In this document: in pieces, positions 35,732-45,465 of the stretch
Layout: every line of letters begins with the position of its first letter
Numbering within the stretch: position 1 is the first letter of the stretch
NCBI GenBank assembly: GCA_031458695.1
Contig: JAVKJW010000001.1
Span: 64,001 to 128,000, forward strand
Source: Candidatus Thermofontivivens primus
GTDB lineage: Bacteria; Sysuimicrobiota; Sysuimicrobiia; Sysuimicrobiales; Thermofontiviventaceae
Direction: 5' to 3'
DNA length: 64,000 nucleotides
Notes under the pieces: model-generated
Told to the model about the DNA's origin: nothing
Seen by the model: the letters and a program-made list of their open reading frames with translations, nothing else
Databases searched by the model: none
Made by a program: the position numbers and the translations under genes

Positions 35732-36772
35732 ATGCGGCTTGTGGTCAACGGAAAGGAACAGCATTATGATGGGGAAGCCACCGTGCTGGCTTTCCTCCAG
35801 AGCTACCGCATCGAACCCAACACGGTGGCAGTTGCGGTGAATGGGGAGATCGTGCCCCGAGAGAGATGGGCGCAAACTCCGCTCAAGGAAGGAGATGAGG
35901 TCGAGGTGGTGCATGTGGTCGCTGGAGGAAGTGGTCCTTCGCTTGACCCAGGCCTTTGGCCCTTGGGAAAGCCGTACCGCCCGGAGGAGGACCCGCTCGT
36001 CATCGCCGGGAGGACCTTCACCTCCCGGCTCATCCTGGGGAGCAGCAAGTACCCCTCCCCGGAGGTGATGAAGGCTGCGTGGGAAGCCTCAGGAACCCAG
36101 ATGGTCACCGTGGCCATCCGCTACATGAACCTTGAGGAAGGGGGAGGGAGCGGGATCCTCTCTTACATCGATCGCTCGCGGATCCACCTCCTCCCGAACA
36201 CGGCGGGGGCCAAGACTGTCCAACAAGCAGTTCGTATGGCCCATCTCTGCCGCGAGGCCACGGGGACCAACTGGATCAAGCTCGAGGTCATCGGGGACGA
36301 CACCTACCTCTGGCCTGACGTAGCGGCGACCGTGGAAGCCACGAAAATCCTGGTGGAGGATGGCTTCGTTGTCCTTCCCTACACCAGCCATGACCTGGTG
36401 GCCGCCCTGCGCCTTGAGGAGGCAGGTGCGGCTACGGTGATGCCCCTCGCATCACCCATTGGCTCAGGGCAAGGGTTCATCGATTGGGTGAGCATCAAGC
36501 GCATCATTGACTCGGTGAGCGTCCCGGTGATCGTGGATGCGGGAATTGGAACGCCATCGGACGCGGCCATCGCCATGGAGCTAGGAGCCGCAGCAGTGCT
36601 GACCAATACTGCCGTGGCCAAGGCCAAGAACCCCGTGCTCATGGCGGAGGCAATGAAGTGGGCGGTGCTCAGCGGGCGGATGGGCTACTTGGCTGGGCGC
36701 ATCCCCAAGCGGGAAACGGCAGAACCATCGAGCCCACCTGAGGGGGTCATCGCTGCCCGCCCCTCACCCTAA
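35732..36772 (+). CDS. thiG: ThiS-ThiG fusion (sulfur carrier plus thiazole synthase)
   Basis: ThiS domain (VNG..VAVAVNGEIVPR..VVAGG) continues in frame into ThiG (SRLILG, LPNTAG, WIKLEV, VMPLASPIGSGQG, DAGIG). Confidence 0.93.
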   Translation: MRLVVNGKEQHYDGEATVLAFLQSYRIEPNTVAVAVNGEIVPRERWAQTPLKEGDEVEVVHVVAGGSGPSLDPGLWPLGKPYRPEEDPLVIAGRTFTSRLILGSSKYPSPEVMKAAWEASGTQMVTVAIRYMNLEEGGGSGILSYIDRSRIHLLPNTAGAKTVQQAVRMAHLCREATGTNWIKLEVIGDDTYLWPDVAATVEATKILVEDGFVVLPYTSHDLVAALRLEEAGAATVMPLASPIGSGQGFIDWVSIKRIIDSVSVPVIVDAGIGTPSDAAIAMELGAAAVLTNTAVAKAKNPVLMAEAMKWAVLSGRMGYLAGRIPKRETAEPSSPPEGVIAARPSP

Positions 36773-37537
36773 CTCCCTCTCCCTGATCGATCCAACCACA
36801 TGGCACGGAAGGGAGAGCGATGCGGAGAGAGGATCTACCGCATCCTCCGGGACGGTGACAAGCACACAGGTAGAGGGGCCTGCGGACTTCCCCAAGTCTA
36901 GGCTCGGCGAAGGGAGAGGAACGAATACCCCTCCGGCTCCGTGGGCAAGCTCTTCTGCCTCGTAGCGGATCCCCCGAGACCCAACAGGGAGGATCTCATG
37001 CACAGCGTCCAGAGCGAGGAGGCGCTGGATCGTAGTAGGGTTTGCTACGTCCGGATCGTCCAGATCCACATGGTCCATAGGAGCGGATTTTGGAACGCCC
37101 GCAACAAGGACCAAATCCCCCAACGCAGTCCTCCCCAGCCTCAACTCCTGCGGGGAAGCGAGTCCGAGCCCCGTGACGCCAAGAAACGTTTGCTTAGTCC
37201 ACACGTTTTCCTCGGTGCTCCCCGTGACCGCAACCTTCCCTCCGAGGCCGCAGCGTTCCAGCTCCTCGTGGATTCCCGCGAGGATCTCCCTCCCGTATGG
37301 CTCCATGGACACACCCAGGGTGTCCACAAGCACCACCGGAGTCCCTCCTGCGGCGAGGATCTCCATGAGCACCACCCGCGCACACGCACGGCCCACTACC
37401 TTTGCCGATGCGGGATAGACATCCTCCGGCTGAGGGCCGATCCCTCCCAGGGAGTCGCAAGCGATGATCCAGATCCTGAACGCATCCTCCTGAACCAAAA
37501 TGAGGTCCCTCCAACGGGAAACCCTGATTCCCTGCAT
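36764..37537 (-). CDS. cblS: Alpha-ribazole kinase (PurM/AIR-synthase-like)
   Basis: RWRDL, IACDSLGGIG, TGSTEEN, EILPVGSRGI, KSAGPST; TGATG-coupled to cblT. Confidence 0.8.
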   Translation of the reverse strand: MQGIRVSRWRDLILVQEDAFRIWIIACDSLGGIGPQPEDVYPASAKVVGRACARVVLMEILAAGGTPVVLVDTLGVSMEPYGREILAGIHEELERCGLGGKVAVTGSTEENVWTKQTFLGVTGLGLASPQELRLGRTALGDLVLVAGVPKSAPMDHVDLDDPDVANPTTIQRLLALDAVHEILPVGSRGIRYEAEELAHGAGGVFVPLPSPSLDLGKSAGPSTCVLVTVPEDAVDPLSASLSLPCHVVGSIRERELG

Positions 37538-38013
37538 CACGGCTTTCTCCGCCCCCGCCACCGCAGAGCGATCACAGCAGCCATGCCGACGTTGATGGCC
37601 GAACCCGGAAGCAGGGCCAGGACAAGCCCAGGAACAGCCGCCCAGCCAAGGAAGGGCGCGACGGACAGCGGTCCGGCGACCCCGTTGAGGAGGATGGCCG
37701 CAAGGACGGCAAGGGGCCGCGACGACCGGAAGAGGAAGCCGAAGACGGCCACGTATGCGGCCATCTCCAGCGCGATCCCCAGGTGCAACCCTCCCAGCGG
37801 AAACCCTACGCTCCATGCGCTGAACAGGTGGCCCGCCGCCCCCACGGTCATCCCTTCGGGAATCCCTAAGGCCGCGGCAGCGAAGTAGCCAGGAAGGCTG
37901 TCCAGGGCTACTGTCCCTGTCGGGCTCGGGATCTTGAGGTAAGCGCCCACCGCGCTGGTCGCAATGAGGAGGGCAACCTGGAGGAGGCGCACAGGCGGCC
38001 AAGTAAGTTTCAT
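37537..38013 (-). CDS. cblT: ECF S-component alpha-ribazole transporter
   Basis: KIPSPTGTVALDSLPGYFAA, GHLFSA..GFPLG..H; all-TM protein. Confidence 0.82.
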   Translation of the reverse strand: MKLTWPPVRLLQVALLIATSAVGAYLKIPSPTGTVALDSLPGYFAAAALGIPEGMTVGAAGHLFSAWSVGFPLGGLHLGIALEMAAYVAVFGFLFRSSRPLAVLAAILLNGVAGPLSVAPFLGWAAVPGLVLALLPGSAINVGMAAVIALRWRGRRKP

Positions 38014-38033
38014 GGTCGGATTACCTTTTACCT

Positions 38034-39119
38034 CTACGATCTCTGTGGCACACTCTCTTTTGCCATGGCAGCGAGCAGGGCAAGGTTCTCCTCCCGCTTC
38101 CGCACCGCCACCCGAATGTACCAGTCCCCGAGGCCAGGGATGGAAGCACAGTCTCGCACCAAAATCCCCCACCTTCCGAGCCGCTCCCAGAGTTCGCCGG
38201 AGCGGAGACCGGTCCCGCTGATGTCCACGAGAAGGAAGTTGGTCTGAGAAGGGAACGTGATATACCCTGCGAGGCTGGAAATCTGTGATGAAAGGAACGC
38301 GCGCTCCGCAGAGATCAGGCGAATGGTTTCTGCCACGTAGGCCCTATCGGATAAAGCGGCAATGAGAGCGTGCTGGGCGAGGATGTTGACGCTCCAGGGA
38401 GGTTGGAGCCCTCGGAGAGCCTCGATCGTCGAGGGAGATGCTACGGCATAGCCGAGGCGGAGCCCCGGGAATGCGAAGAGCTTAGTGAGGGAGCCGATCA
38501 CCACAACACCATCGGCCCGCGTTGCCTCCTGCACCAAGGAGTGCTCCCTGCCGGCGAAGTCCACGAAGGCCTCGTCCACGAGGACAGCGCATCGACCCTT
38601 TGCCTCCCTCACAATGCGCAAGACCTTCTCCCGGGACGCGAGGACTCCTGTGGGGTTATTCGGGTTACAGAGATACACCAGGTCGGCGTGCGAGAGACCT
38701 TTGAGGAGGGCACCGAGGGGGAGCTGGAAGCCCTCCCTGGGAGATGCCGTTACCTCCAAGACCTCTGCGCCCACGGCCCTTGCTCCTGCGATCCCCTCCA
38801 CGAAGGTTGGGACGGGGGAAAGAAGGCGACGGGGCTGGAACAGGAAGAGGGCCAGGTAGAGCGCCTCGACGCCTCCGTTGGTGAGGAGGACGCTTTCAAC
38901 GGGAACATCCAGCCACGCGGCCAAGTGCTCCCGCGCCTCCCGCGCCTCTGGATCCGGATAGAACGCCACGTCCTGGAGATGCTGCGCGAGCACTTCCTGG
39001 ACCGCCCTGGGCGGGCCCAGCGGATTCAGATTGCTGCTGAAGTCGAGAAACTCCTTGGGGCTGCGTCCGAATCGGCGGGACGCCTCCCACACGTTCCCCC
39101 CATGGATCGCTTTGGACAT
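38034..39119 (-). CDS. cobD: L-threonine-O-3-phosphate decarboxylase
   Basis: HGGN, DFSSNLNPLG, CNPNNPTG, DEAF, SLTK..PGLRLGY. Confidence 0.9.
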   Translation of the reverse strand: MSKAIHGGNVWEASRRFGRSPKEFLDFSSNLNPLGPPRAVQEVLAQHLQDVAFYPDPEAREAREHLAAWLDVPVESVLLTNGGVEALYLALFLFQPRRLLSPVPTFVEGIAGARAVGAEVLEVTASPREGFQLPLGALLKGLSHADLVYLCNPNNPTGVLASREKVLRIVREAKGRCAVLVDEAFVDFAGREHSLVQEATRADGVVVIGSLTKLFAFPGLRLGYAVASPSTIEALRGLQPPWSVNILAQHALIAALSDRAYVAETIRLISAERAFLSSQISSLAGYITFPSQTNFLLVDISGTGLRSGELWERLGRWGILVRDCASIPGLGDWYIRVAVRKREENLALLAAMAKESVPQRS

Positions 39120-39138
39120 GTGGAAGCCTCCCTTGGCT

Positions 39139-39912
39139 TCAATGCATGGCGGACGGCGCACGAACTCCCGCCAGGGCAAGGAGGACGACCACCTCCGTGA
39201 CCTCTACGAGGAACCCATAGGTGTCCCCGGTATGCCCTCCCAGCCACCGGGCGATAGCCAGCGCACCAAGAATCGCAGCACCCATCCCCACAGCCGATCC
39301 GAGGAGTCCCACAGATCCTGCAACGGTCCCCGATGCAAGGGCTACGACCCCCGTTGCCACGACGAGTTTGAACACCCCTATCCCTTCCCGCGTAACACTC
39401 CCAAGGCCCTCCCTCCGAGCGGAAGGGTATCGCCACGCTGCATACACGGGGGCCCAGCGCCCTGTGGCGCCGATGACAACAAGGGCAGGGCCGACGATCC
39501 GGGAGGGCAATGCCCAGAGCGCTGCAACTTTCACAACCAGAAGCAACACAACCCCTGCAACCCCCAGCGCGCCCACATGCGGATCACGCATGATTCGCAG
39601 GACCTCCTCCCTCGTCCCTCCCCCTCCCCATGCATCCACGGTGTCCGCGAACCCATCGAGGTGGAGCCCCCCGCTCAGGAGGTACCAAGCCACCAAGACG
39701 AGCGCGCGTGCTGGACCTTCCGGAAGGAACGTCCGGATCCCCGTGTAGACCGCCCAGGCCCCTAGACCGAACAAGATTCCCACGATGGGGAAGAATACGG
39801 CTATGCCCGCTGCCGGCGGGCCGGAACCCAGCCCGTACGGGAGAGGGATCCTACTCAGGAGGGTCCAGGCCCAGAAAAACCCTCTCAGGAACCGCTCCAT
39901 CTCCTTCCCCAC
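39139..39912 (-). CDS. cobS: Adenosylcobinamide-GDP ribazoletransferase (cobalamin synthase)
   Basis: GGLHLDGFADTVDA, IMRDPHVGA, GGHTGDTYG. Confidence 0.94.
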   Translation of the reverse strand: MGKEMERFLRGFFWAWTLLSRIPLPYGLGSGPPAAGIAVFFPIVGILFGLGAWAVYTGIRTFLPEGPARALVLVAWYLLSGGLHLDGFADTVDAWGGGGTREEVLRIMRDPHVGALGVAGVVLLLVVKVAALWALPSRIVGPALVVIGATGRWAPVYAAWRYPSARREGLGSVTREGIGVFKLVVATGVVALASGTVAGSVGLLGSAVGMGAAILGALAIARWLGGHTGDTYGFLVEVTEVVVLLALAGVRAPSAMH

Positions 39913-40904
39913 ACCATCGCAATCGCGTACCCAGTGGCAGAGATCAGAAAAGCGATCCAGGCTGCATATCGCGCCGCCTCGCGGATGCGGCGAGGGGCAA
40001 GAGGGCGGGTCATCTCCCCCAGGAAGGGCCTTTTCTCTACCCTTCCCTCGTAAACGTTGACCCCTCCGAGGCGGACACCCAGGGCTCCGGCCATCGCCGC
40101 TTCTGGAATCCCGGCGTTGGGGCTAGGGTGCTTTCTCCCATCGCGGCGGAGAGTAGCATAGCAACGCTTAGGATCGAGACCCGCAACCCATGCCGCCAGG
40201 GGAAAGAACGGGATAGACAGGCGGGCAGGAAGATAGTTCAAGGCGTCGTCGAGTTTCGCCGAGGCCCAACCAAAGTGCAGGTACCTCGGGTTTTTATGGC
40301 CCACCATCGCGTCCAAGGTGTTGGCAGCGCGGTATCCCATGGCCGCAGGGAGGCCGCCAAGGAGCGCGTAGAAGAGCGGGGCGGTGATGGAGTCTGTGAT
40401 GTTTTCCGCCACCGACTCCACCGTCGCGCGTACCACTTCTTCCTCCGACAGGTGAGAGGTCTTGCGGCCAACGATCTCTCCGGCCCTTCGCCTCGCAGTT
40501 TGAAGATCTCCGGATTCCAGGGCTTCCGCAACCCGATGTGCCGAGGCAAGGAGCTCCCGGATGGAAAAGGTGGTAGAGAGAATGGCCCCTTCGAACCCTA
40601 GGCGCAGCCAACGAGGCAGACGACGAAGCCCCTGCTCCAGCAAGGCGGTACCCCCCAGAGCAACCCCCACCACGATCGCGACAAAGAAGACCCCAGCGGC
40701 GCGCTGGTCTCCAGGCCTCTGGTGAGCAGAACGAAGCCTCCCCTCTAGCCATGCGGCAAGACGTCCCATGCCCACGACTGGATGGAGAGAACGTGGAGGC
40801 TCACCAAAGGCCAAGTCAAGAAGGAGAGCCAACGCCATCAGCAAAGACCGTTCTCCCACAGCCGCCTCTCCTTGTGCATCATCACGATGATCTTCGTGAG
40901 GCAT
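39885..40904 (-). CDS. cbiB: Adenosylcobinamide-phosphate synthase
   Basis: LDLAFGEP..HPVV, ESVAENITD, NTLDAMVG, HPSPNAG..EAAMAGALG. Confidence 0.94.
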   Translation of the reverse strand: MPHEDHRDDAQGEAAVGERSLLMALALLLDLAFGEPPRSLHPVVGMGRLAAWLEGRLRSAHQRPGDQRAAGVFFVAIVVGVALGGTALLEQGLRRLPRWLRLGFEGAILSTTFSIRELLASAHRVAEALESGDLQTARRRAGEIVGRKTSHLSEEEVVRATVESVAENITDSITAPLFYALLGGLPAAMGYRAANTLDAMVGHKNPRYLHFGWASAKLDDALNYLPARLSIPFFPLAAWVAGLDPKRCYATLRRDGRKHPSPNAGIPEAAMAGALGVRLGGVNVYEGRVEKRPFLGEMTRPLAPRRIREAARYAAWIAFLISATGYAIAMVWGRRWSGS

Positions 40905-40911
40905 CCTGCAT

Positions 40912-42288
40912 CTACCGCCACAACGCGAAGGCCTCGCAGGCGTCCACGAAGCGCTTGGCCGCGTGCGGCACAGCCGCCAAGTGGAGGTGGACATAGGAAG
41001 CTAGCACGTTGCCATAGACCAGGCCATCCCTATGCCCGTCCAGGCCGACCCCCTTCACCATGTGATAGGCGGTCTCCTGGATATCCCCTGAAAGGGAGGA
41101 CCAGTGGAATTCGTGGCCGCGCGCACGCTCTCCCCGTGTGAAGAGACAGGTCGGCCGCTGCGCCTCTACTTCGACATACCCGATAGCTCTGAGGTTCTGC
41201 TCCATGACAGCGGTATAAGGGAAGACCCCCGCCATCGCGTAGCGGGTTCCCTCAGCGACCCTGAGATGCTTGCAGAGGTACATCATACCCCCGCATTCGG
41301 CATATATGGGCATCCCTGCTTCCGCCGCCCTCCGGATCGCTTCGCGCATCGACCAGTTGGCCTCGAGTTCTGCCGCATGGACCTCAGGAAACCCTCCCCC
41401 CAGGTAAAGACCACAGACCCCTTCCGGGAGATCCCTGTCTTCTGTGGGGCTGAAGAAGATCAGCTCGGCGCCGTAAGCCCTGAGGACATCCAGCGCATCC
41501 TCGTAGTAGAAGTGAAACGCCCTGTCCCTGGCCACACCGATGCGCACGCGCGAAGGGTAGGATGGGGTCAGCCATCCCTGCGAAGAGGGAAGGGAGGGGG
41601 CATGTCGGGCAATAGCAAGGAGCCTCTCCAGATCTACATGTTCCCTGACCGCTGCACCCAAGCGCTCAAAGATCTCGCCGTACTCTGCCTCGGTCGCAGG
41701 CACAAGGCCAAGATGGCGCTCTGGGATGGATCCCCCTTCGATGCGCGGGAGTGCCCCAAGGAGTGGAATGTTCAATTCCTCTTCGATGGCTTGTCGCAGC
41801 CACTCCCTGTGCCTTGGCCCGCCACTGAGGTTACAGATCACGCCTGCAAGGTGAACCTCCCGGTCGAGCTCCCGGAACCCGAGGACCGTCGCTGCGATGC
41901 TCCGGACCGCGCTGGAAGCGTCCACGACGAGGATCACCGGCGCATCCAGGAGCTTGGCCACGTGCGCCGTGGAACCTGCCTCCCCCTTCCCGTTGGATCC
42001 ATCGTACAAACCCATCACACCTTCAATCACGGCGATCCCCGTGCCCACCGCTGCACGACTGAACAGAACCTTAAGCACCTCCTCTGGGAGGATCCAACTA
42101 TCGAGGTTCCGGGAGATCCTCCCAGTTGCGGCGGTGTGCAAGCTTGGATCGATATAGTCAGGCCCAACTTTGAAGGGCTGGACGCTTAGGCCGAGAGAGC
42201 GCAGGGCTGCCATGAGGCCCAGTGCAACTGTCGTCTTCCCGACCCCGCTATGGGTCCCAGCGATGACAACGCGCGGCACATGCACCAT
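40912..42288 (-). CDS. cbiA: Cobyrinate a,c-diamide synthase
   Basis: SGVGKT, FKVGPDYIDP, EGVMGLYDG, PERHLGL, GGGFPE, AECGG, GHEFH. Confidence 0.94.
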   Translation of the reverse strand: MVHVPRVVIAGTHSGVGKTTVALGLMAALRSLGLSVQPFKVGPDYIDPSLHTAATGRISRNLDSWILPEEVLKVLFSRAAVGTGIAVIEGVMGLYDGSNGKGEAGSTAHVAKLLDAPVILVVDASSAVRSIAATVLGFRELDREVHLAGVICNLSGGPRHREWLRQAIEEELNIPLLGALPRIEGGSIPERHLGLVPATEAEYGEIFERLGAAVREHVDLERLLAIARHAPSLPSSQGWLTPSYPSRVRIGVARDRAFHFYYEDALDVLRAYGAELIFFSPTEDRDLPEGVCGLYLGGGFPEVHAAELEANWSMREAIRRAAEAGMPIYAECGGMMYLCKHLRVAEGTRYAMAGVFPYTAVMEQNLRAIGYVEVEAQRPTCLFTRGERARGHEFHWSSLSGDIQETAYHMVKGVGLDGHRDGLVYGNVLASYVHLHLAAVPHAAKRFVDACEAFALWR

Positions 42289-42307
42289 CCCTACACCCCA
42301 AAACGCC

Positions 42308-43882
42308 TCAAGCACCCTTTCCTTCGTCTTTTTCCAATGACAGAGCCCCTTCAAAAATCCGCCGGGATGTTGGTGGGACGAGCCCTAAGACCCTGAACAA
42401 CCACACCACATCGAGGTGACGCCACACTGCCTCGGCAAGACGCTCGAAGGAGGTTTCCAACATGGCAGGTTCCCCTTCCCGCAGGAGATCGAGGCGGAGA
42501 CCCTTCCGGGAAGCCACCCAGGAGATGAGCGCCTGCCGCAGAGGAGGATTCTCAAACAACCCATGGAGGTAGGTCCCCCAGACGAGGCCGTCAGGAGAGA
42601 TCATTCCCTCCTCCCGCGCTCCTTCTTCACAGATGCGAAACACAGACTGGCCCTTTCCCCCAGACCGTCCCGTGTGGATCTCGTAACCGCGCACCCGCAT
42701 CCCGCGCAGGCCAGCAAACGGTCCAAGATCTGTGATCACTTCAGCCTCGACTTGCACCGTGACTTTCCCCCTTTGAAACACCGTCTCTAGCGGAAGGAGA
42801 CCGAGGCCTTCTGCCTGGGCGAGAGAACCTTCCACGCCATCCGGATCGTGTAAGGATCTCCCAAGCATCTGAAAGCCACCACAAATCCCCACAAGAGGAA
42901 TCCCCAACGTGCGCGCGGCGCAAATCTGGTCCACCATCCCTGTCGCGCGCAGAGCCTTGAGGTCGGCAATGGTGGTTTTCGTGCCAGGAAGCACAATGAG
43001 ATCAGTGGGGCCGATGCGCTCTTCCGGCCGGACGAAGCGGAGGCGCACCCCCGGCTCCGTAGCGAGGGCCAGGAAATCCGTGCTGTTCGCGAGATGCGGG
43101 AGGTCTACCACGACCACATCAACCTGCACCGTGCTCTCACGAGAAAAGTACAGTCTAGGTTGGGTCTGGCTGTCCTCCTCTCCAAGTGCAAGGCCAGGAA
43201 GGTAGGGGAGAACGCCGACGACAGGGACCCCGAGCGTCTCCTGGAGGAACGAGATGGCCGGGGTGAGGAGATCTGCATCCCCGCGGAACCGGTTGATGAC
43301 CACGCCCACCACGCGCCGCTTCTCCTCTGGAGGGAGAAGCTCCATCGTCCCCACCAGCGCGGCTAGGGCTCCGCCGCGGTCGATGTCTGCTACGAGAAGG
43401 ACAGGGGCATCTGCCATAGCTGCTACGGCCATGTTGGCCAGGTCGCGCTCTCTCAGGTTCACTTCGGCTGGGCTCCCCGCACCTTCGATCACGACGACAT
43501 CCGAAGTGGAGAGCAACCGCTTCAAGGAAGAGGAGATCGCCTCCTGGGCCATCTCCCGGATACACGCAGGATACTCCCGTGCGCTGAAACTGCCGACCAC
43601 ACGGCCATGCACAATCACCTGGCACCGACTGCCCGCTTCGGGTTTGAGAAGGATCGGGTTCATGTCCGCGGAGGGGACCGCCCTCGCGGCGAGGGCCTGG
43701 ATATACTGGGCCCAAGCGATTTCCCGCCCGTCCGGGGTGACAGTTGCGTTTAAGGACATGTTCTGCGCCTTGAAGGGGCTCACCCGGTATCCCTCTTGGG
43801 CAAATAGGCGGCAGAGGGCGGTCACCAGAATGCTCTTCCCAACCCCTGAGGCCGTCCCTTGGACCATGATCGCCCGTCCCAT
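42308..43882 (-). CDS. cobQ: Cobyric acid synthase
   Basis: QGTASGVGKS, PFKAQNMS, NPILLKP, EGAGSPAEVNL, GICGGFQMLG, GTYLHG. Confidence 0.95.
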   Translation of the reverse strand: MGRAIMVQGTASGVGKSILVTALCRLFAQEGYRVSPFKAQNMSLNATVTPDGREIAWAQYIQALAARAVPSADMNPILLKPEAGSRCQVIVHGRVVGSFSAREYPACIREMAQEAISSSLKRLLSTSDVVVIEGAGSPAEVNLRERDLANMAVAAMADAPVLLVADIDRGGALAALVGTMELLPPEEKRRVVGVVINRFRGDADLLTPAISFLQETLGVPVVGVLPYLPGLALGEEDSQTQPRLYFSRESTVQVDVVVVDLPHLANSTDFLALATEPGVRLRFVRPEERIGPTDLIVLPGTKTTIADLKALRATGMVDQICAARTLGIPLVGICGGFQMLGRSLHDPDGVEGSLAQAEGLGLLPLETVFQRGKVTVQVEAEVITDLGPFAGLRGMRVRGYEIHTGRSGGKGQSVFRICEEGAREEGMISPDGLVWGTYLHGLFENPPLRQALISWVASRKGLRLDLLREGEPAMLETSFERLAEAVWRHLDVVWLFRVLGLVPPTSRRIFEGALSLEKDEGKGA

Positions 43883-43904
43883 CTCTAGACACTTCTCCTT
43901 TCTA

Positions 43905-43929
43905 AGGCACGGCGTGGCCGTGCCCCTAC
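43905..43929 (-). repeat. GTAG-type REP palindrome
   Basis: Minus strand GTAG-GG-GCACGGC-CAC-GCCGTGC-CT in the cobU-cobQ spacer. Confidence 0.7.
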
Positions 43930-43954
43930 GAATTGCCCATCCGCTCCCTTGCCT

Positions 43955-44509
43955 CTACTTCACTCGCACTGGAACCCCCGCCACCATCCAGTAGACCTCC
44001 TCGGCCTGCTTAGCCACGAGTTGGTTCGCCTCTCCCAGGATGTCCCGGTAGGCACGCCCCAAAGGTGTGGACGGGACCACTCCCTGGCCCACCTCATTGG
44101 ACACCACGATCACCGTACCTTTCCACCTCCGCAACTCCCGGAGGACCGCCCGCACCTCTTTGAGGATCGCCCGCGCCGCTGCAGGATGGGTCGGGTTGTC
44201 GGAGAAGGGCTCAAGCAGGTTGGCCACGTACAGGGAGAGACAATCGATCACGAGGGTACGCGCGCGGCCTGCAATCCGGAGGACGCTCCCGGAAAGGCCC
44301 ACAGGCACTTCCACGGTCCTCCAGCTCTTCGGGCGCATCCGCCGGTGCCTGGCGATGCGCGTTCGCATCTCTTCATCCCCAGCGGTCGCTGTAGCTACGT
44401 AGACGACGGGCTCCTTGAGGGTGCTGGCGAGGCGCTGGGCAAAGGCGCTCTTCCCGCTGCGTGCCCCTCCCAGGACCAGAATCATATGGCCCATTCCCCT
44501 CTCCCCCAT
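43955..44509 (-). CDS. cobU: Adenosylcobinamide kinase / cobinamide-phosphate guanylyltransferase
   Basis: GGARSGKS, YVAT, DEEM..RI..H, DCL, SNEVG. Confidence 0.95.
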   Translation of the reverse strand: MGERGMGHMILVLGGARSGKSAFAQRLASTLKEPVVYVATATAGDEEMRTRIARHRRMRPKSWRTVEVPVGLSGSVLRIAGRARTLVIDCLSLYVANLLEPFSDNPTHPAAARAILKEVRAVLRELRRWKGTVIVVSNEVGQGVVPSTPLGRAYRDILGEANQLVAKQAEEVYWMVAGVPVRVK

Positions 44510-44515
44510 CCCCCT

Positions 44516-45430
44516 TCACCTGAACAGGTCCGGATGGAGCAATCGGGCAATCACCTCTAAACCGTCCACGAGCCGAGGGCCAGGCCGGTGCACAAGGTTT
44601 GGATCTACGAAGTACACCCTCCCAGAGCGCACGGCGCGCAGCCTCCTCCACCCAGGCTTCTCCGAGAGTTTCCCGATAGCGCCGTGCGCATCGGTTGTGG
44701 CGATGATCACTTCTGGATCGCGGGCGATCAGGTCCTCCATGCTGTAAAGAGGATACTCTCTTGGCCCTACCAGGTCCCCGGCGATGTTTCGCCCTCCCGC
44801 CATGGTAACGAGACTGTGGATGAATGTTCGCGGCCCCGCGGTCATGAGGGGCTCGGGCCAGACGATCCAGAAGACCGTGGGACGCTGGCTCAGAGGGATC
44901 TTCCCTGTCTTGAGGGTGATTGCTCGGATGCGCTTGCGCAGCGCACCAACAACCTCCCATCCTTTCCGGATAACGCCCCCTAGACGCGCGACGGTGAGGA
45001 TGGAGTCCAAGACCCCTTCCACAGTCTGGGGATGGAGGGCAAATACAGGGATCCCGAGTGATTCCAGCTTCTCCACAACAGCTCTCTGCACTCCCCCAGT
45101 GACCAGGACGAGATCCGGACGGAGGCTCAGGATCCGCTCGTAGTCGGGGTCGATCATCCCCCCAACCTTTGGTTTTTCGCGAACCTCCGGGGGATAGTCC
45201 GAAAATCTGTCGACACCAACGATCCTGTCGCCTAAACCAAGGGCGTACAGGATCTCTGTGTTCGAGGGAGCAAGGGAGAGAATGCGCTGCGGGGGCTGAC
45301 GCAGGGTGACGGATCGTCCCAGATCATCGCGAAGGGAAAGAGGAAATTGATCAGCGGGAGTTGCAAGGGAGGTCCCCACGAGGAGGAAGGAGAGGAAAAG
45401 AACAAGAGGGGAAAGCCAGTACCGGCGCAT
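44516..45430 (-). CDS. btuF: Cobalamin/corrinoid-binding substrate-binding protein (BtuF-like)
   Basis: RILSLAPSNTEILYALG, RPGPRL; signal peptide; first gene after the B12 riboswitch. Confidence 0.85.
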   Translation of the reverse strand: MRRYWLSPLVLFLSFLLVGTSLATPADQFPLSLRDDLGRSVTLRQPPQRILSLAPSNTEILYALGLGDRIVGVDRFSDYPPEVREKPKVGGMIDPDYERILSLRPDLVLVTGGVQRAVVEKLESLGIPVFALHPQTVEGVLDSILTVARLGGVIRKGWEVVGALRKRIRAITLKTGKIPLSQRPTVFWIVWPEPLMTAGPRTFIHSLVTMAGGRNIAGDLVGPREYPLYSMEDLIARDPEVIIATTDAHGAIGKLSEKPGWRRLRAVRSGRVYFVDPNLVHRPGPRLVDGLEVIARLLHPDLFR

Positions 45431-45465
45431 CTGCCTGCCTCCTTTCGACCGAAGGATCTCGGCTC

